Position numbers and translations under genes: made by a program. Below the pieces are notes generated by a model. That model saw nothing but the letters and a program-made list of their open reading frames with translations. It was not told the DNA's origin and made no database searches. DNA of 64,000 nucleotides. Source: Longimicrobiales bacterium (GTDB lineage: Bacteria; Gemmatimonadota; Gemmatimonadetes; Longimicrobiales; Gaopeijiaceae). This document shows positions 29,601 to 38,927 of the stretch, one piece after another; within the stretch, counting starts at the first letter, position 1; every line of letters starts with the position of its first letter. The DNA lies in NCBI GenBank assembly GCA_965226375.1, contig CBDDCX010000005.1:264048-328047 (forward strand), read 5' to 3'.

Positions 29601-30668
29601 AAGGGGGTATTCCCTTAAGTCCACCGACCCCAAGATATAGTGGTTACCGGGGCTCTGCGGGCCGTTTCCCACGTCCGGTGCCGAGGTAAAGGGCCGAAGC
29701 TGGCGTGGGAGCACACTGAACAGCCTGCTCAAGCAAGCGGTAGAACAACAGGCCGCGAGCCCGGGATGTGCGTCGGTTGAAGCGAAAGGTGAACTCGTCC
29801 AGATAGTAGGGGAGGTGTTCGCGGGCGATCCCTCCTTGGAGGGTTCCGAGGACCCAGCGCTTGAGGAGAGACGCCACCCGATGTACGGCCGACATGAGCA
29901 CGTGAGCGGGATCGCCGGAGGTCGAGAGGTTCGTGACCGTGTGGCGAAAGCCCAGTTTGGCGAGTCCCTGATAGCTTGGCCATCCGTCGGTATGCACCGT
30001 GCTTGCCGGTGCGATGCTATCCTTGACGAAGCCTCGCAGAACCGGAGCGGAGAGGTCGGGCACCCAACGCAGCCGTATTCTCCCGATCTTGCGTCCGTCG
30101 ACCTCGGCGGCGATCGCGACGATGGCCTTCTTGATCGTCTCGCGGCCCCGCACTCCAGCCTCCACGCCCCCGACATAGCTCTCGTCCACTTGCACAACGC
30201 CGCTCAGCTGGTCGCGATCCGGTCGGACCATGGCCCGGCGGAGCTTGTGGAGCCAGACCCACGCTGTCTTGTAGCTTCCCAGTCCGAGCACGCGCTGGAG
30301 CCCGAGAGCATTGGCTCCGTATTTCTGGCTCGTGAGCTCCCAGGCAGCGAGAAACCACAGACGCAGGGGCGAGCGCGTGCGGTGGAACACGGTTCCCGCC
30401 AGCACCGAGGTCTGCCTTCGACAGTGTGGGCAGACGAGACGCCCCCGCGATGCTCGCCAGACCTCTCCCAACCCGCCACAGCCCACGCACACAAACCCTT
30501 CCGGCCAGCGCAGACCCTCCACGTACTCCAGGCATGCCGCATCGTCGGGGAAGAACTCGTCCAGCTCCAGCCGCGTACGGGGATAGTCCACGCCGCCACG
30601 GAGCTGAGAAGCCGGAACCGCCATGACCACAACATGTAGTGGGCGGTGGACTTAAGGCAATACCCCAT
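29601..30668 (-). mobile_element. IS1595-family insertion sequence
   Basis: TIRs GGGGTATTCCCTTAAGTCCACCG (29604) / CGGTGGACTTAAGGCAATACCCC (to 30666), 22/23 match; direct repeat (T)ACGGCTCA at 29592-29600 and 30668-30676. Confidence 0.93.
29644..30630 (-). CDS. IS1595-family transposase
   Basis: LRWPEGFVC..C Zn ribbon, VQVDESYVGG, HTDGWPSY, YLDEFTFRFNRR. Confidence 0.95.
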   Translation of the reverse strand: MVMAVPASQLRGGVDYPRTRLELDEFFPDDAACLEYVEGLRWPEGFVCVGCGGLGEVWRASRGRLVCPHCRRQTSVLAGTVFHRTRSPLRLWFLAAWELTSQKYGANALGLQRVLGLGSYKTAWVWLHKLRRAMVRPDRDQLSGVVQVDESYVGGVEAGVRGRETIKKAIVAIAAEVDGRKIGRIRLRWVPDLSAPVLRGFVKDSIAPASTVHTDGWPSYQGLAKLGFRHTVTNLSTSGDPAHVLMSAVHRVASLLKRWVLGTLQGGIAREHLPYYLDEFTFRFNRRTSRARGLLFYRLLEQAVQCAPTPASALYLGTGRGKRPAEPR

Positions 30669-30932
30669 ACGGCTCATATACCCATAGGCTACGAGTTTGA
30701 GCATCAGGAGAACACCAAGATCGTCGAGCTTGCGGGCGCGAACTCAACGCATGCTCTTCTCGCCGGCGATGTTTTGGTGGGCAACGAGGTTCTCAAGGTG
30801 GCGCAGGTACAAATGACGCAGAGGGATGGCTGCGTCTCCGCCTCTGAAGCGGCTGAAATTGTCCGCGGAGCCTATCAACAGGAGTCTGGGTGACAACTGG
30901 CATAGACCCGGACGCCGCGTTAGCATCTCCCG

Positions 30933-31436
30933 ATGCTCGACGCCATTAAATCGTTCTTCAGTGCCTCCATGGCCCCTCCCGTGGACGCGGAAGAGGACCT
31001 GGGTGAAGAGGACGTACGTCTGGCCGCCTGCGCCCTTCTCATCGAGTTGGCCTATGCGGACGATGAGTTCACGGAGGACGAACGACGGCACCTGACATCT
31101 GCCGTGCGCAGGCAGTACGGCCTCGGCGAAGAGCACGCCGAGGCTCTCATCAATCTGGCGGAGTTGGCCCGGCGAGAGGCCGTGGACCTCTATCAGTTCA
31201 CCAAGCTCATCAAGGCCAACTACTCACTGGGCCAGAAGATGGTGTTGATGGAGGTGATGTGGGGGCTCGTGTACGCCGACGGTGACCTGTCGGGCGACGA
31301 GGAGTCGCTCTTGCGGAAGGTCTGCCACCTCCTGGACCTGTCGCCGGGGTACCTGGCGGACGTCAAGAAGCGGGTGGAGGTCGGCCTGGACCCGACCGAT
31401 CAGGATGCCCATGCCGATCCGCAGGTGCCCAACTGA
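30933..31436 (+). CDS. TerB family protein
   Basis: LAACALLIELAYADDEFTEDE, DLYQFT, VYADG. Confidence 0.9.
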   Translation: MLDAIKSFFSASMAPPVDAEEDLGEEDVRLAACALLIELAYADDEFTEDERRHLTSAVRRQYGLGEEHAEALINLAELARREAVDLYQFTKLIKANYSLGQKMVLMEVMWGLVYADGDLSGDEESLLRKVCHLLDLSPGYLADVKKRVEVGLDPTDQDAHADPQVPN

Positions 31437-31527
31437 CGACGGGCCATTGAAGACCGACCGTGCCTGCCACATATTTCGGGCGCGTACCGCGCCTTTGGCG
31501 ACGACTGACACCTCAACACACAGAGCG

Positions 31528-31674
31528 ATGAATCTTCTTCCGGGTGGCTACAACTTCATCCACATAGTGTTCTGGGGAGTCGTCGGATTGGTGGCCGTGG
31601 GCACCAACGCCGTCGCCATCATTCTGGCTACGGGGCTGGCCTTGCTTCTCCTGGAGTCCGTGGGACGGGCCTGA
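31528..31674 (+). CDS. small membrane protein (48 aa)
   Basis: Hydrophobic ORF MNLLPGGYNFIHIVFWG... in an intergenic gap. Confidence 0.45.
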   Translation: MNLLPGGYNFIHIVFWGVVGLVAVGTNAVAIILATGLALLLLESVGRA

Positions 31675-31707
31675 GGCCGGTCCACACGACTCGAGCCGGA
31701 GACAGGA

Positions 31708-31965
31708 TTGGTCCTCTTTCTCAAGATTCTGGGGGGCGTCGCTGCGCTCGCCCTGGGGATGTACCTGGGTGGCGGAGGCTATACCCAGACCCCTGACGAG
31801 GTCGAGGCACGTCTGGGCAAGGGATTGCCTCGGAGGGCAAAGCGCCACTTCATGTGGCTCAACTACCTTAAGGTCGGCCCCAGAGCTTCCGAGCGGCGTC
31901 GCGGCCGCCGGCACTTCAAGACGGCTGTGGCCCGGGATAAGGCGGAAGAGCGCTCCGAGGACTAG
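31708..31965 (+). CDS. hypothetical protein, N-terminal TM and basic tail
   Basis: 85-aa ORF with TTG start. Confidence 0.55.
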   Translation: MVLFLKILGGVAALALGMYLGGGGYTQTPDEVEARLGKGLPRRAKRHFMWLNYLKVGPRASERRRGRRHFKTAVARDKAEERSED

Positions 31966-31970
31966 GGGTG

Positions 31971-32078
31971 CCCTTCGGGAGTGGGGTTGTGTGCCTCACT
32001 TCCTTCGGGAGTGAGGTTGTTCCCCCACTCCCTGCCGGGAGTGGGGTTGTGTCCCTCATTCCCTTCGGGATTGAGGGA
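31971..32078. repeat. array of 3-4 tandem hairpins, 30-bp period (REP/BIME-like)
   Basis: CCTTCGGGA-type cores at about 31972, 32002, 32032 and 32062; stems CCTCACT/AGTGAGG, CCCCACTCCC/GGGAGTGGGG, TCCCTCA/TGAGGGA; lies between convergent genes. Confidence 0.8.
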
Positions 32079-32079
32079 G

Positions 32080-33648
32080 TCATCCCCAGATGCTGTCCAG
32101 AATCACCAGCGCGATCCCGATGATTCCCCCGAGCAGATAACCCAGCCGCACGATGATCTTGAGCTCCTTGTGCGTCACCTTTTTCACGAGCTCTTCCATC
32201 CTAGCCGGCGGGAACGCTAGCACTTTTTCCTCCACGCGCCCCGCAACGTCGATCTGTTGAATCACGTCGGGCACCTGCGTCTGGAGCCACTCCCAGATCG
32301 GGTTGCCTAGCGTCTCTTCGGCGGTGCGGGCGGCTCCTTCGGGGAGCCAATCGGCGGGCGTCCCGATGGGGCGTTCCAGGATATTTTTCTTGAGCCGGTC
32401 CGCGGCCTCGCGGTACAGGGTGGTCGCAGGCTCGCTCCGAGCTCCGGCTACCAGCCATTCGGCCACCCGGTCGGGCGGGAGCTTTTCGAACACCTCTCCC
32501 CAGGTCCGAGCCCCCATCTTGTCCAGGGCCACCTTGAGCTTTTCGACCACAAAGCTGCGTGACGATCGGTCCTGTGCGAGACCGACGAACCACCCGACGA
32601 TCGTCCCCCGGGCGTCCAGGACGCTGGGGTCGTCCGGAGCACCGAGCACTGAGACCACGGGGCGCCTCAGGAAGTCGACGATCGCGTCGTTGATTCCTCG
32701 CGCCATGGCGTCCTGCATGGCCTGCTCCTGGAGTATCTCGGTCAGGCGCTCGGCTCCATCCGCCTCGATCGTGTCCAGGACCATGTCCACTGTGGACTCG
32801 GTGATGATGAGCTTGGCGACCACTCTCTGATGAAACTTGAGATCGCCGAGGAAGCGGTGGAGCAGGTCGTGTATGAACGTCTCGAACTTGGCGCGTGCCT
32901 CTTTGTCCTCAAGCAACGTTCCCAGCCGCTGGATCGCGAGCGGGAGGTAGGCGGCGATGCCTTTCTCGACGGCCCCCACCAGTCCCATCGGGAGGATCTC
33001 CTGGAAGGTGCGATCGGGTTCGAGGAGTCTCCGGGCAGAGCGATCCAGGTAATCGTCGATAGCCTGGCTGAAGTCCTCGCTTTCCACCGCCCCCGTCATC
33101 CACTCGTCGACCGCTTCAGAAATGGCTCCTTCGCGGGCTGGAGTCAGGATGCCCGCCACCGGCTCGTCCGCGATGGAGTGGACGATGTCCCCAGCTCGAG
33201 CAACGACGGTTCCCGCAAAACGATCCGACTGCAAGTATTCGTGCAGGCGCTCGAGTCCAAACGTGGCCACGTCCTCTACGACCCCCTCTATCTTCTCGTG
33301 CATGGCCTCGGGAAAGAGGTCCCGCACCGAGCCCCTTTCGCGGTGGAGGAGCGCCTCGAGGAAACCGGAGAGATGGCCGTCGAAGGCGGTCCGGAAGTCC
33401 TTGTCTCTGAAGATCTCTCCAAGATCCTCTTCGGTGAGAAGGCGTGTGCCCACGGTGCGTCCAACGGCAGCCGCAAGGCGTGCCTGATTCTTCGGAATGG
33501 CCCCCTGGAGCATCTTGATGTCCCGCTTCCCGACACGCGGCGCTTCGTACGGGTGGAAGAGCATCCAGATAGCCACCGAGTTCGTGAGCCCCCCTGCGAG
33601 AGATCCGAAGGTGATCGCTATCAGAGCACGAATCAGTTCCTCGGGCAT
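32080..33648 (-). CDS. DUF445 family protein
   Basis: GGLTNSVAIWMLFHPY, QGAIPK, ELKIIVRLGYLLGG. Confidence 0.9.
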   Translation of the reverse strand: MPEELIRALIAITFGSLAGGLTNSVAIWMLFHPYEAPRVGKRDIKMLQGAIPKNQARLAAAVGRTVGTRLLTEEDLGEIFRDKDFRTAFDGHLSGFLEALLHRERGSVRDLFPEAMHEKIEGVVEDVATFGLERLHEYLQSDRFAGTVVARAGDIVHSIADEPVAGILTPAREGAISEAVDEWMTGAVESEDFSQAIDDYLDRSARRLLEPDRTFQEILPMGLVGAVEKGIAAYLPLAIQRLGTLLEDKEARAKFETFIHDLLHRFLGDLKFHQRVVAKLIITESTVDMVLDTIEADGAERLTEILQEQAMQDAMARGINDAIVDFLRRPVVSVLGAPDDPSVLDARGTIVGWFVGLAQDRSSRSFVVEKLKVALDKMGARTWGEVFEKLPPDRVAEWLVAGARSEPATTLYREAADRLKKNILERPIGTPADWLPEGAARTAEETLGNPIWEWLQTQVPDVIQQIDVAGRVEEKVLAFPPARMEELVKKVTHKELKIIVRLGYLLGGIIGIALVILDSIWG

Positions 33649-33652
33649 GCCG

Positions 33653-34618
33653 CTACCTCTGCAAGTGGCGCACGAGTCCCCGCACCTCCAACGAATCCCC
33701 GGCCAGAATGAGGGATCCGGAGACCTGATAGAGCCCCTCGACCGGAAGAAGCGGTCCCTCTCCCGTCGCGGTGCGGAGTTCCATTCCGGTACTGACGAGC
33801 GAGAGGTCCACCTCTCCGTCGTCGGACCGAACCTCCCAGGCGACGGGAACGTCTCGCCGCGCCTCCTCGAACGATCGTACCGAGCTCCATTCCACCTCTA
33901 TCTCCGGCCAACGATACTCCTCCTCGCCCCGTCTGCCCCAGGCGGTGTAGTGCGGGGATCCGTCCGTTTCCTCGATCATGAGCGCCAAGCGCCCCGGCCC
34001 GGTCAGGAACATCCACTCGCCCGGATACGGGCCTTCGCGGAGATACACCCGGCTCATGTCCAGTATCATGCCTTCGATGCGCTGATTACCTAAGTGGACC
34101 GCCCCCTGGTGAACGCGGAAGGTCTCCCCACGACTTCCGCTCCAGTCCGACATCCCCTCATCGATGATCACCTCGAGCTGCCTGGGCCCCTCTTCGTAGA
34201 GGATCTCCTCGAGGACTCCGTCCGATCCCACCACCAGATCCATGGGGCCGCGCGGGTGGATGAGAAACGGGGATCGGGTCGATGGAGAGATCCATCGGTC
34301 GGTGAAGAACGGCTCCCAAAGCCCGGATCGTGCCAGCCAACCCTCCGCGGTTCGCTCGACTCCCAGTGCGGACACGGACGACCTGAACAGCCACGGGACG
34401 ATAATGGCGCTGTCCGCGCCGACCGTCACGAACACGATATTCCGTTCATAAACGCGGTCGTCCAGGGTTCGATCGGGGCCGGCGTCGGGCGTGGTTCCCC
34501 CGGTGGACGCCGGACGCTGTGGAGTGTCTTGCCCACAACCTGTCAGGATGAGGAACACGCCGAGGAGAACCCGAAGTCGAACGAAGCCTCCGTCCGTCAT
34601 CCAGCTTCCACGGTCCAT
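33653..34618 (-). CDS. hypothetical lipoprotein
   Basis: LILTGC lipobox, beta-rich sequence. Confidence 0.7.
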   Translation of the reverse strand: MDRGSWMTDGGFVRLRVLLGVFLILTGCGQDTPQRPASTGGTTPDAGPDRTLDDRVYERNIVFVTVGADSAIIVPWLFRSSVSALGVERTAEGWLARSGLWEPFFTDRWISPSTRSPFLIHPRGPMDLVVGSDGVLEEILYEEGPRQLEVIIDEGMSDWSGSRGETFRVHQGAVHLGNQRIEGMILDMSRVYLREGPYPGEWMFLTGPGRLALMIEETDGSPHYTAWGRRGEEEYRWPEIEVEWSSVRSFEEARRDVPVAWEVRSDDGEVDLSLVSTGMELRTATGEGPLLPVEGLYQVSGSLILAGDSLEVRGLVRHLQR

Positions 34619-35034
34619 GTCTCCAGGACTGTCGGATCCAGGATCATTCCGTTTTCAGCGCCGAGCTGCCGGTCTAGTCGTCTCAGTAGCCGGCCGATCC
34701 GGCGGGCGTTGGTCCCCAGGTCCCCTCGTCCCTTGCGGGATCGAGACCTGATGTCGACCCGCGTCATGGCGTGCTCGTCCAGGCTGATCCGAATCTCCAG
34801 ATCGTCGATGAACTTGAAGACCAGCGTTTCGCACCGGACTCGGATAAATCCTTCCAGGTCGTTGGCCTGGAGAAGCGTCCAGCGCCCATGCCGCCGGACG
34901 ATATCGAGACACGCCGTCCAGACCTGATCGAAGGGAATGGCGTAGGTACGCCCCTGAAGCCGGAGATCCTGGGACCGGGGGTCCGTCTCTGCCCGATTGG
35001 TGGTGAGGGCTCGCTCGAGGCGTTCTCTCAGCAA
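34597..35034 (-). CDS. DUF1499 family protein
   Basis: TLVFKFIDDLEI, VDIRSRSRKGRGDLGTNARRI. Confidence 0.85.
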   Translation of the reverse strand: MLRERLERALTTNRAETDPRSQDLRLQGRTYAIPFDQVWTACLDIVRRHGRWTLLQANDLEGFIRVRCETLVFKFIDDLEIRISLDEHAMTRVDIRSRSRKGRGDLGTNARRIGRLLRRLDRQLGAENGMILDPTVLETWTVEAG

Positions 35035-35150
35035 CCGGTTAGCCTCCAGGGTAATGTCGGAGAAGTAGTGGCTCGGCGGCGGATGTCTTGACCCGCACTC
35101 CGCAAGAGTGTTCCCCTTTCATTGATTGCACCGGATACACGAGTTCCGTA

Positions 35151-36164
35151 ATGTCCGCCCCCATGAAAGCTATAATTCCCCTGGCGGGAAAGGGAACGCG
35201 CCTCCGCCCCCACACGCACGTCACGCCCAAGCCGCTCGTCCACGTCGCCGGCCGTCCGGTGATGAGCTACATCATGGACGATCTGGCCGAGCTCGGGGTG
35301 CAGGAGATCGTGTTCGTGGTGGGTTATCTCCGGGGGGTCATCGAGTCGTACATCGCCGAGGCGTATCCTGACATTACGGCCCACTATGTGGTCCAGGAGG
35401 TTCAAGACGGCACGGCCGGGGCCGTTGCGCTCGCCGAGCCCTACGTGGACGCCGAGGTGCTCATCCTGTTCGTCGACACTCTCTTCGATGCCGACCTCAC
35501 GCTCGTACGCCGGGTCGATGAGACCACCGGGGGCATCATCTGGGCCAAGGAGGTGGAGGACTACCAGCGTTACGGAGCCATCCTCACCGACCGGGACGGG
35601 AACATGGAGCGGATCGTGGAGAAGCCCTCCGAGCCCGTCTCGAAGCTCGCGAACATCGGGCTCTACTACATGAAGGATTGGGAGCTCTTGTTCAAGGGCG
35701 TCGCCCACACGCTGGCTGCCGAGCCGGGGCCGTCGGGTGAGTTCTACCTGACGGACGCGTTCCAGTACATGGTCGACCACGGATCCAAGATCCGGGTTGC
35801 GCCTGTGAAAGGCTGGTACGACTGCGGGAAGCCGGACACTCTGCTCGATACGAACCGCTACCTTCTGGAGCGAGGCCGGGCGGGCGTCGACGACTCGGCC
35901 ACGGTCGAGGGGAGCAACCTTGTCGAGCCGGTTCGTGTGGAGGAAGATGCGTGGGTCATCGGTTGCACCCTGGGCCCCAACGTCACGATCGAGTCCGGCG
36001 CCCGAATCGAGGGCTCCAGGTTGGTCGACACCATGGTCGGCCACGACTCCGTCATAGAGGGGTCCGACCTGAGGGGCTCGTTGGTGGGGTCCCACTCCCA
36101 GGTGCGCGCGTTTCGGGGCCAGCTCAGCGTCGTCGACCACTCCGAGATCGTAGGCGGTCAGTAG
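35151..36164 (+). CDS. sugar-phosphate nucleotidyltransferase
   Basis: AGKGTRLRPHT...PKPL, IVEKP, GEFYLTDA, WYDCG, C-terminal hexapeptide repeats. Confidence 0.92.
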   Translation: MSAPMKAIIPLAGKGTRLRPHTHVTPKPLVHVAGRPVMSYIMDDLAELGVQEIVFVVGYLRGVIESYIAEAYPDITAHYVVQEVQDGTAGAVALAEPYVDAEVLILFVDTLFDADLTLVRRVDETTGGIIWAKEVEDYQRYGAILTDRDGNMERIVEKPSEPVSKLANIGLYYMKDWELLFKGVAHTLAAEPGPSGEFYLTDAFQYMVDHGSKIRVAPVKGWYDCGKPDTLLDTNRYLLERGRAGVDDSATVEGSNLVEPVRVEEDAWVIGCTLGPNVTIESGARIEGSRLVDTMVGHDSVIEGSDLRGSLVGSHSQVRAFRGQLSVVDHSEIVGGQ

Positions 36165-36186
36165 GAGAACCTTCTAGGACAGGACT

Positions 36187-37398
36187 CTAGGACACTCCTG
36201 CGACCAGGAGCGCCGTGTAAAGCGCGCGACAGATGCCTTCCGGCCCCTTGGTGTTTCGATACCACTCCTTCAACGTGTGAGCCCCGCCCGCCTCTCCCCC
36301 GGCCCCTAGCGTAATGGCTGGGATCCCCAGTGACATCGGGAGGTTGGCATCCGTGGATGAGGCGACCAGGTCGGCCTCCACTTCGAGAATGCGTGTTGCG
36401 GCCAATGCCGCCTCCACGAGGGGAGAGTCGGCATCGGTCGCCCCGGTTGGGCGCACGCCGATGAGCGTAATCTGAAGGTTGAGCCGTTGCGACTCGTCGA
36501 TCGCTCCCGAGTTCTCCTCCTCCACGGACCGTCGCAGGGCGGCCCGAATCCGCTCCTCGGCGACCTCGAGGTGCCGCTGTGATTCACTTCGTATGTCGAT
36601 CTCCGCCCAGGCTTCGACGGGAATCGTGTTCACGCTGGTGCCACCGCCGAAACGTGAGATGGTGAGACTCAGGGCCGGTTGCGTCGGCGGGGGCCAGGAT
36701 GCCAGGGCACCGATGGCCCGACCCAGCGCGTGAATCGGGTTGGGGACGCCCCAGTCCACCCACGAGTGTCCGCCTCGCCCGCTGAGCGCGACCTGGAATC
36801 GCCGGGCGCCGAGCCCCCGGTTCACGATCGTGCGGATACCCGCCCCATCGAGGGAGATGAACGCACACGCGTCGGCGGCGGGCCCTTGGCCACGAAATAG
36901 GTGTTTGGCCCCGCGGAGGTCACCGTTTCCCTCTTCGCCCACTGTAGCCACGAAGAGGATCGGCCTACGGGTCGGGACTTCGGCTACTGCGAGGGCCCTC
37001 GCCACCGCGAGCAGAGCTGCAAGGCCCCGACCGTCGTCGGAGATGCCTGGCGCTCGAAGGACCCCGTCGTCGACTCGTACCGAGAGATCCGTGCCGGAGG
37101 GGAACACCGTATCGAGGTGGGCCGCCACCACGACCGGCGTCCCCGCCTCCAGGCCGGGGCGTATTCCCATGACGTTGCCGACATCGTCCTCGTGGACCGC
37201 GACCAGCCCGGCTTCCTCGAGCAGCTCCGCCATGCGCCGCCCACGGGCTTCTTCTCCGAAGGACGGTGAGGGGATCTCGGTGAGCTCCACCTGATCTCGG
37301 AGCGTACGCTCGTCGGTGGCCATGACGTGGTCACGTGCGGCTCTGACGCCGGAACGCTCCAGGAGCTCTGTCACGTCGGGCAGCGTGGAGTAAGGCAT
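36187..37398 (-). CDS. M20/M25/M40 metallopeptidase
   Basis: AAHLDTVF, PGISDD, VGEEG, GGHSW, STDAN, AHTLKE; the start could be 37461. Confidence 0.9.
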   Translation of the reverse strand: MPYSTLPDVTELLERSGVRAARDHVMATDERTLRDQVELTEIPSPSFGEEARGRRMAELLEEAGLVAVHEDDVGNVMGIRPGLEAGTPVVVAAHLDTVFPSGTDLSVRVDDGVLRAPGISDDGRGLAALLAVARALAVAEVPTRRPILFVATVGEEGNGDLRGAKHLFRGQGPAADACAFISLDGAGIRTIVNRGLGARRFQVALSGRGGHSWVDWGVPNPIHALGRAIGALASWPPPTQPALSLTISRFGGGTSVNTIPVEAWAEIDIRSESQRHLEVAEERIRAALRRSVEEENSGAIDESQRLNLQITLIGVRPTGATDADSPLVEAALAATRILEVEADLVASSTDANLPMSLGIPAITLGAGGEAGGAHTLKEWYRNTKGPEGICRALYTALLVAGVS

Positions 37399-37569
37399 TC
37401 CTCCAAGCTCGGGGCCTGTCGAGGACGCGTCAAACGGTACCCGCCGACTCGCGTGAGACACATACGACGCCAGGTCGCCTGTAGGATTCGCGTGCTGCTG
37501 GCTATCTTGCGTACATACATGGGGTGGGCCTCGGGGCCCTCACCCAGAGGCGACTCGAATCATGTGGCC

Positions 37570-38805
37570 ATGGACGAGCAGGAGCTAATTCACGACTGGA
37601 ACTCCGCCGATGCCGATGCGTTCGACTGGACGTCGGTGTCCGGTGTCGAGTTGGATGACGAGACGTTGCGGGACGGGCTTCAGAACCCTTCCGTGGTGGA
37701 CCCACCCATCGAAGCGAAGATTCGGCTGCTCCACCTGATGGACGAGCTGGGTATCCACACGGCCGACATCGGCTTGCCCGGGGCCGGCCCGCGAGCCGTC
37801 GAAGCCGTCCGAGCCTTGGCCACCGAGATCGTGAGCGCCGACCTGTCCATCACGGCCAACTGTGCCGCCCGCACGGTGGTGGCCGACGTGCAGCCGATCG
37901 CGGACATCTCCCAAGCCGTGGGCATGCCGATCGAGGCCTGCACGTTCATCGGCAGCTCGCCGATCCGGCAATACGCCGAGGACTGGACCCTGGACAAGAT
38001 GCTCCGGGTGTCGGAGGAGGCCGTGACGTTCGCCGTGTCGGAGGGCTTGCCGGTCATGTTCGTGACCGAAGACACCGTGCGCGCCAAGCCAGAAACGCTC
38101 CAGGCCTTGTACGGGAAAGCGATCCAGTGGGGCGCACGCCGGCTCTGTGTGGCCGATACGGTGGGGCATGCCACTCCCGACGGCGTGCGGGCCGTGGTCC
38201 GATTCGTGATCGAGCAGATCGTCGAGCCGTCGGGGGAGGACGTAGGGGTGGATTGGCATGGCCACCGTGACCGTGGTCTCGGACTGGCCAATGCCCTCGC
38301 GGCCATCGAGGCCGGCGCCACCCGCATCCATGGCACGGCCCTCGGCATCGGTGAGCGCGTGGGCAACGTGGAGATGGACCTCCTTCTTGTGAACCTCAAA
38401 CTACTCGGGCTCCACGACGCCGATCTCACGCGACTGCCCGAATACTGCGAAACGGCCGCACAGGCCTGTCAGGTGCCCCTCCCGAGCAGCTACCCGGTCG
38501 TGGGCCGCGATGCGTTCCGCACAGGTACTGGGGTACATGCGGCTGCTATCGTGAAGGCTGCAGCCAAAGGGGACGCGTGGCTGGCCGACCGGATCTACTC
38601 GGGCGTACCGGCTTCGATGGTAGGGAGGGTCCAGGAGATCGAGATCGGCCCTATGTCGGGGCTCTCGAACGTGAAAGCCTGGCTGGCCGCCCATGGATAC
38701 GACGCCGACGACGAAGTTGCCTGCCGTACGCTCTTCGACGCCGCCAAGGCCACGGATCACACCCTGACCGAGGGCGAGATCACGGCGTTCCTCGACAGCG
38801 CTTGA
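37570..38805 (+). CDS. 2-isopropylmalate/homocitrate synthase family (DRE-TIM), no C-terminal regulatory domain
   Basis: DETLRDGLQ, ADTVG, WHGHRDRG, GIGERVGN, GVHA. Confidence 0.88.
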   Translation: MDEQELIHDWNSADADAFDWTSVSGVELDDETLRDGLQNPSVVDPPIEAKIRLLHLMDELGIHTADIGLPGAGPRAVEAVRALATEIVSADLSITANCAARTVVADVQPIADISQAVGMPIEACTFIGSSPIRQYAEDWTLDKMLRVSEEAVTFAVSEGLPVMFVTEDTVRAKPETLQALYGKAIQWGARRLCVADTVGHATPDGVRAVVRFVIEQIVEPSGEDVGVDWHGHRDRGLGLANALAAIEAGATRIHGTALGIGERVGNVEMDLLLVNLKLLGLHDADLTRLPEYCETAAQACQVPLPSSYPVVGRDAFRTGTGVHAAAIVKAAAKGDAWLADRIYSGVPASMVGRVQEIEIGPMSGLSNVKAWLAAHGYDADDEVACRTLFDAAKATDHTLTEGEITAFLDSA

Positions 38806-38927
38806 GCGAGGGGCCGTGAGGGGTCCGTTGCGGAAGGTACGGTTTGGCCCCTAACATCCCGTAAACGGGCGTTTCCTTACTATGTCACGGCCTACCGATC
38901 CCGTACGGCTTGGCCGTGTGGCGTTCC

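Larger units (their letters stand above)
29524..30893 (+). pseudogene. proteasome-beta-like Ntn-hydrolase gene interrupted by IS1595
   Basis: Removing the IS and one direct-repeat copy restores the frame: MTVCIAALYGDGAGVVLVTDRMVTAH|IPIGYEFEHQENTKIVEL...LLAGD...AAEIVRGAYQQESG. Confidence 0.65.

Noticed and set aside
26348..30893. Anbu-like operon (transglutaminase plus proteasome-like gene)
   Set aside because: No alpha-E or circularly permuted ATP-grasp genes, and the two genes are separated by a truncation point and a composition change
31971..32078. Possible CRISPR array
   Set aside because: The units are contiguous with no unique spacers, and no cas genes are present
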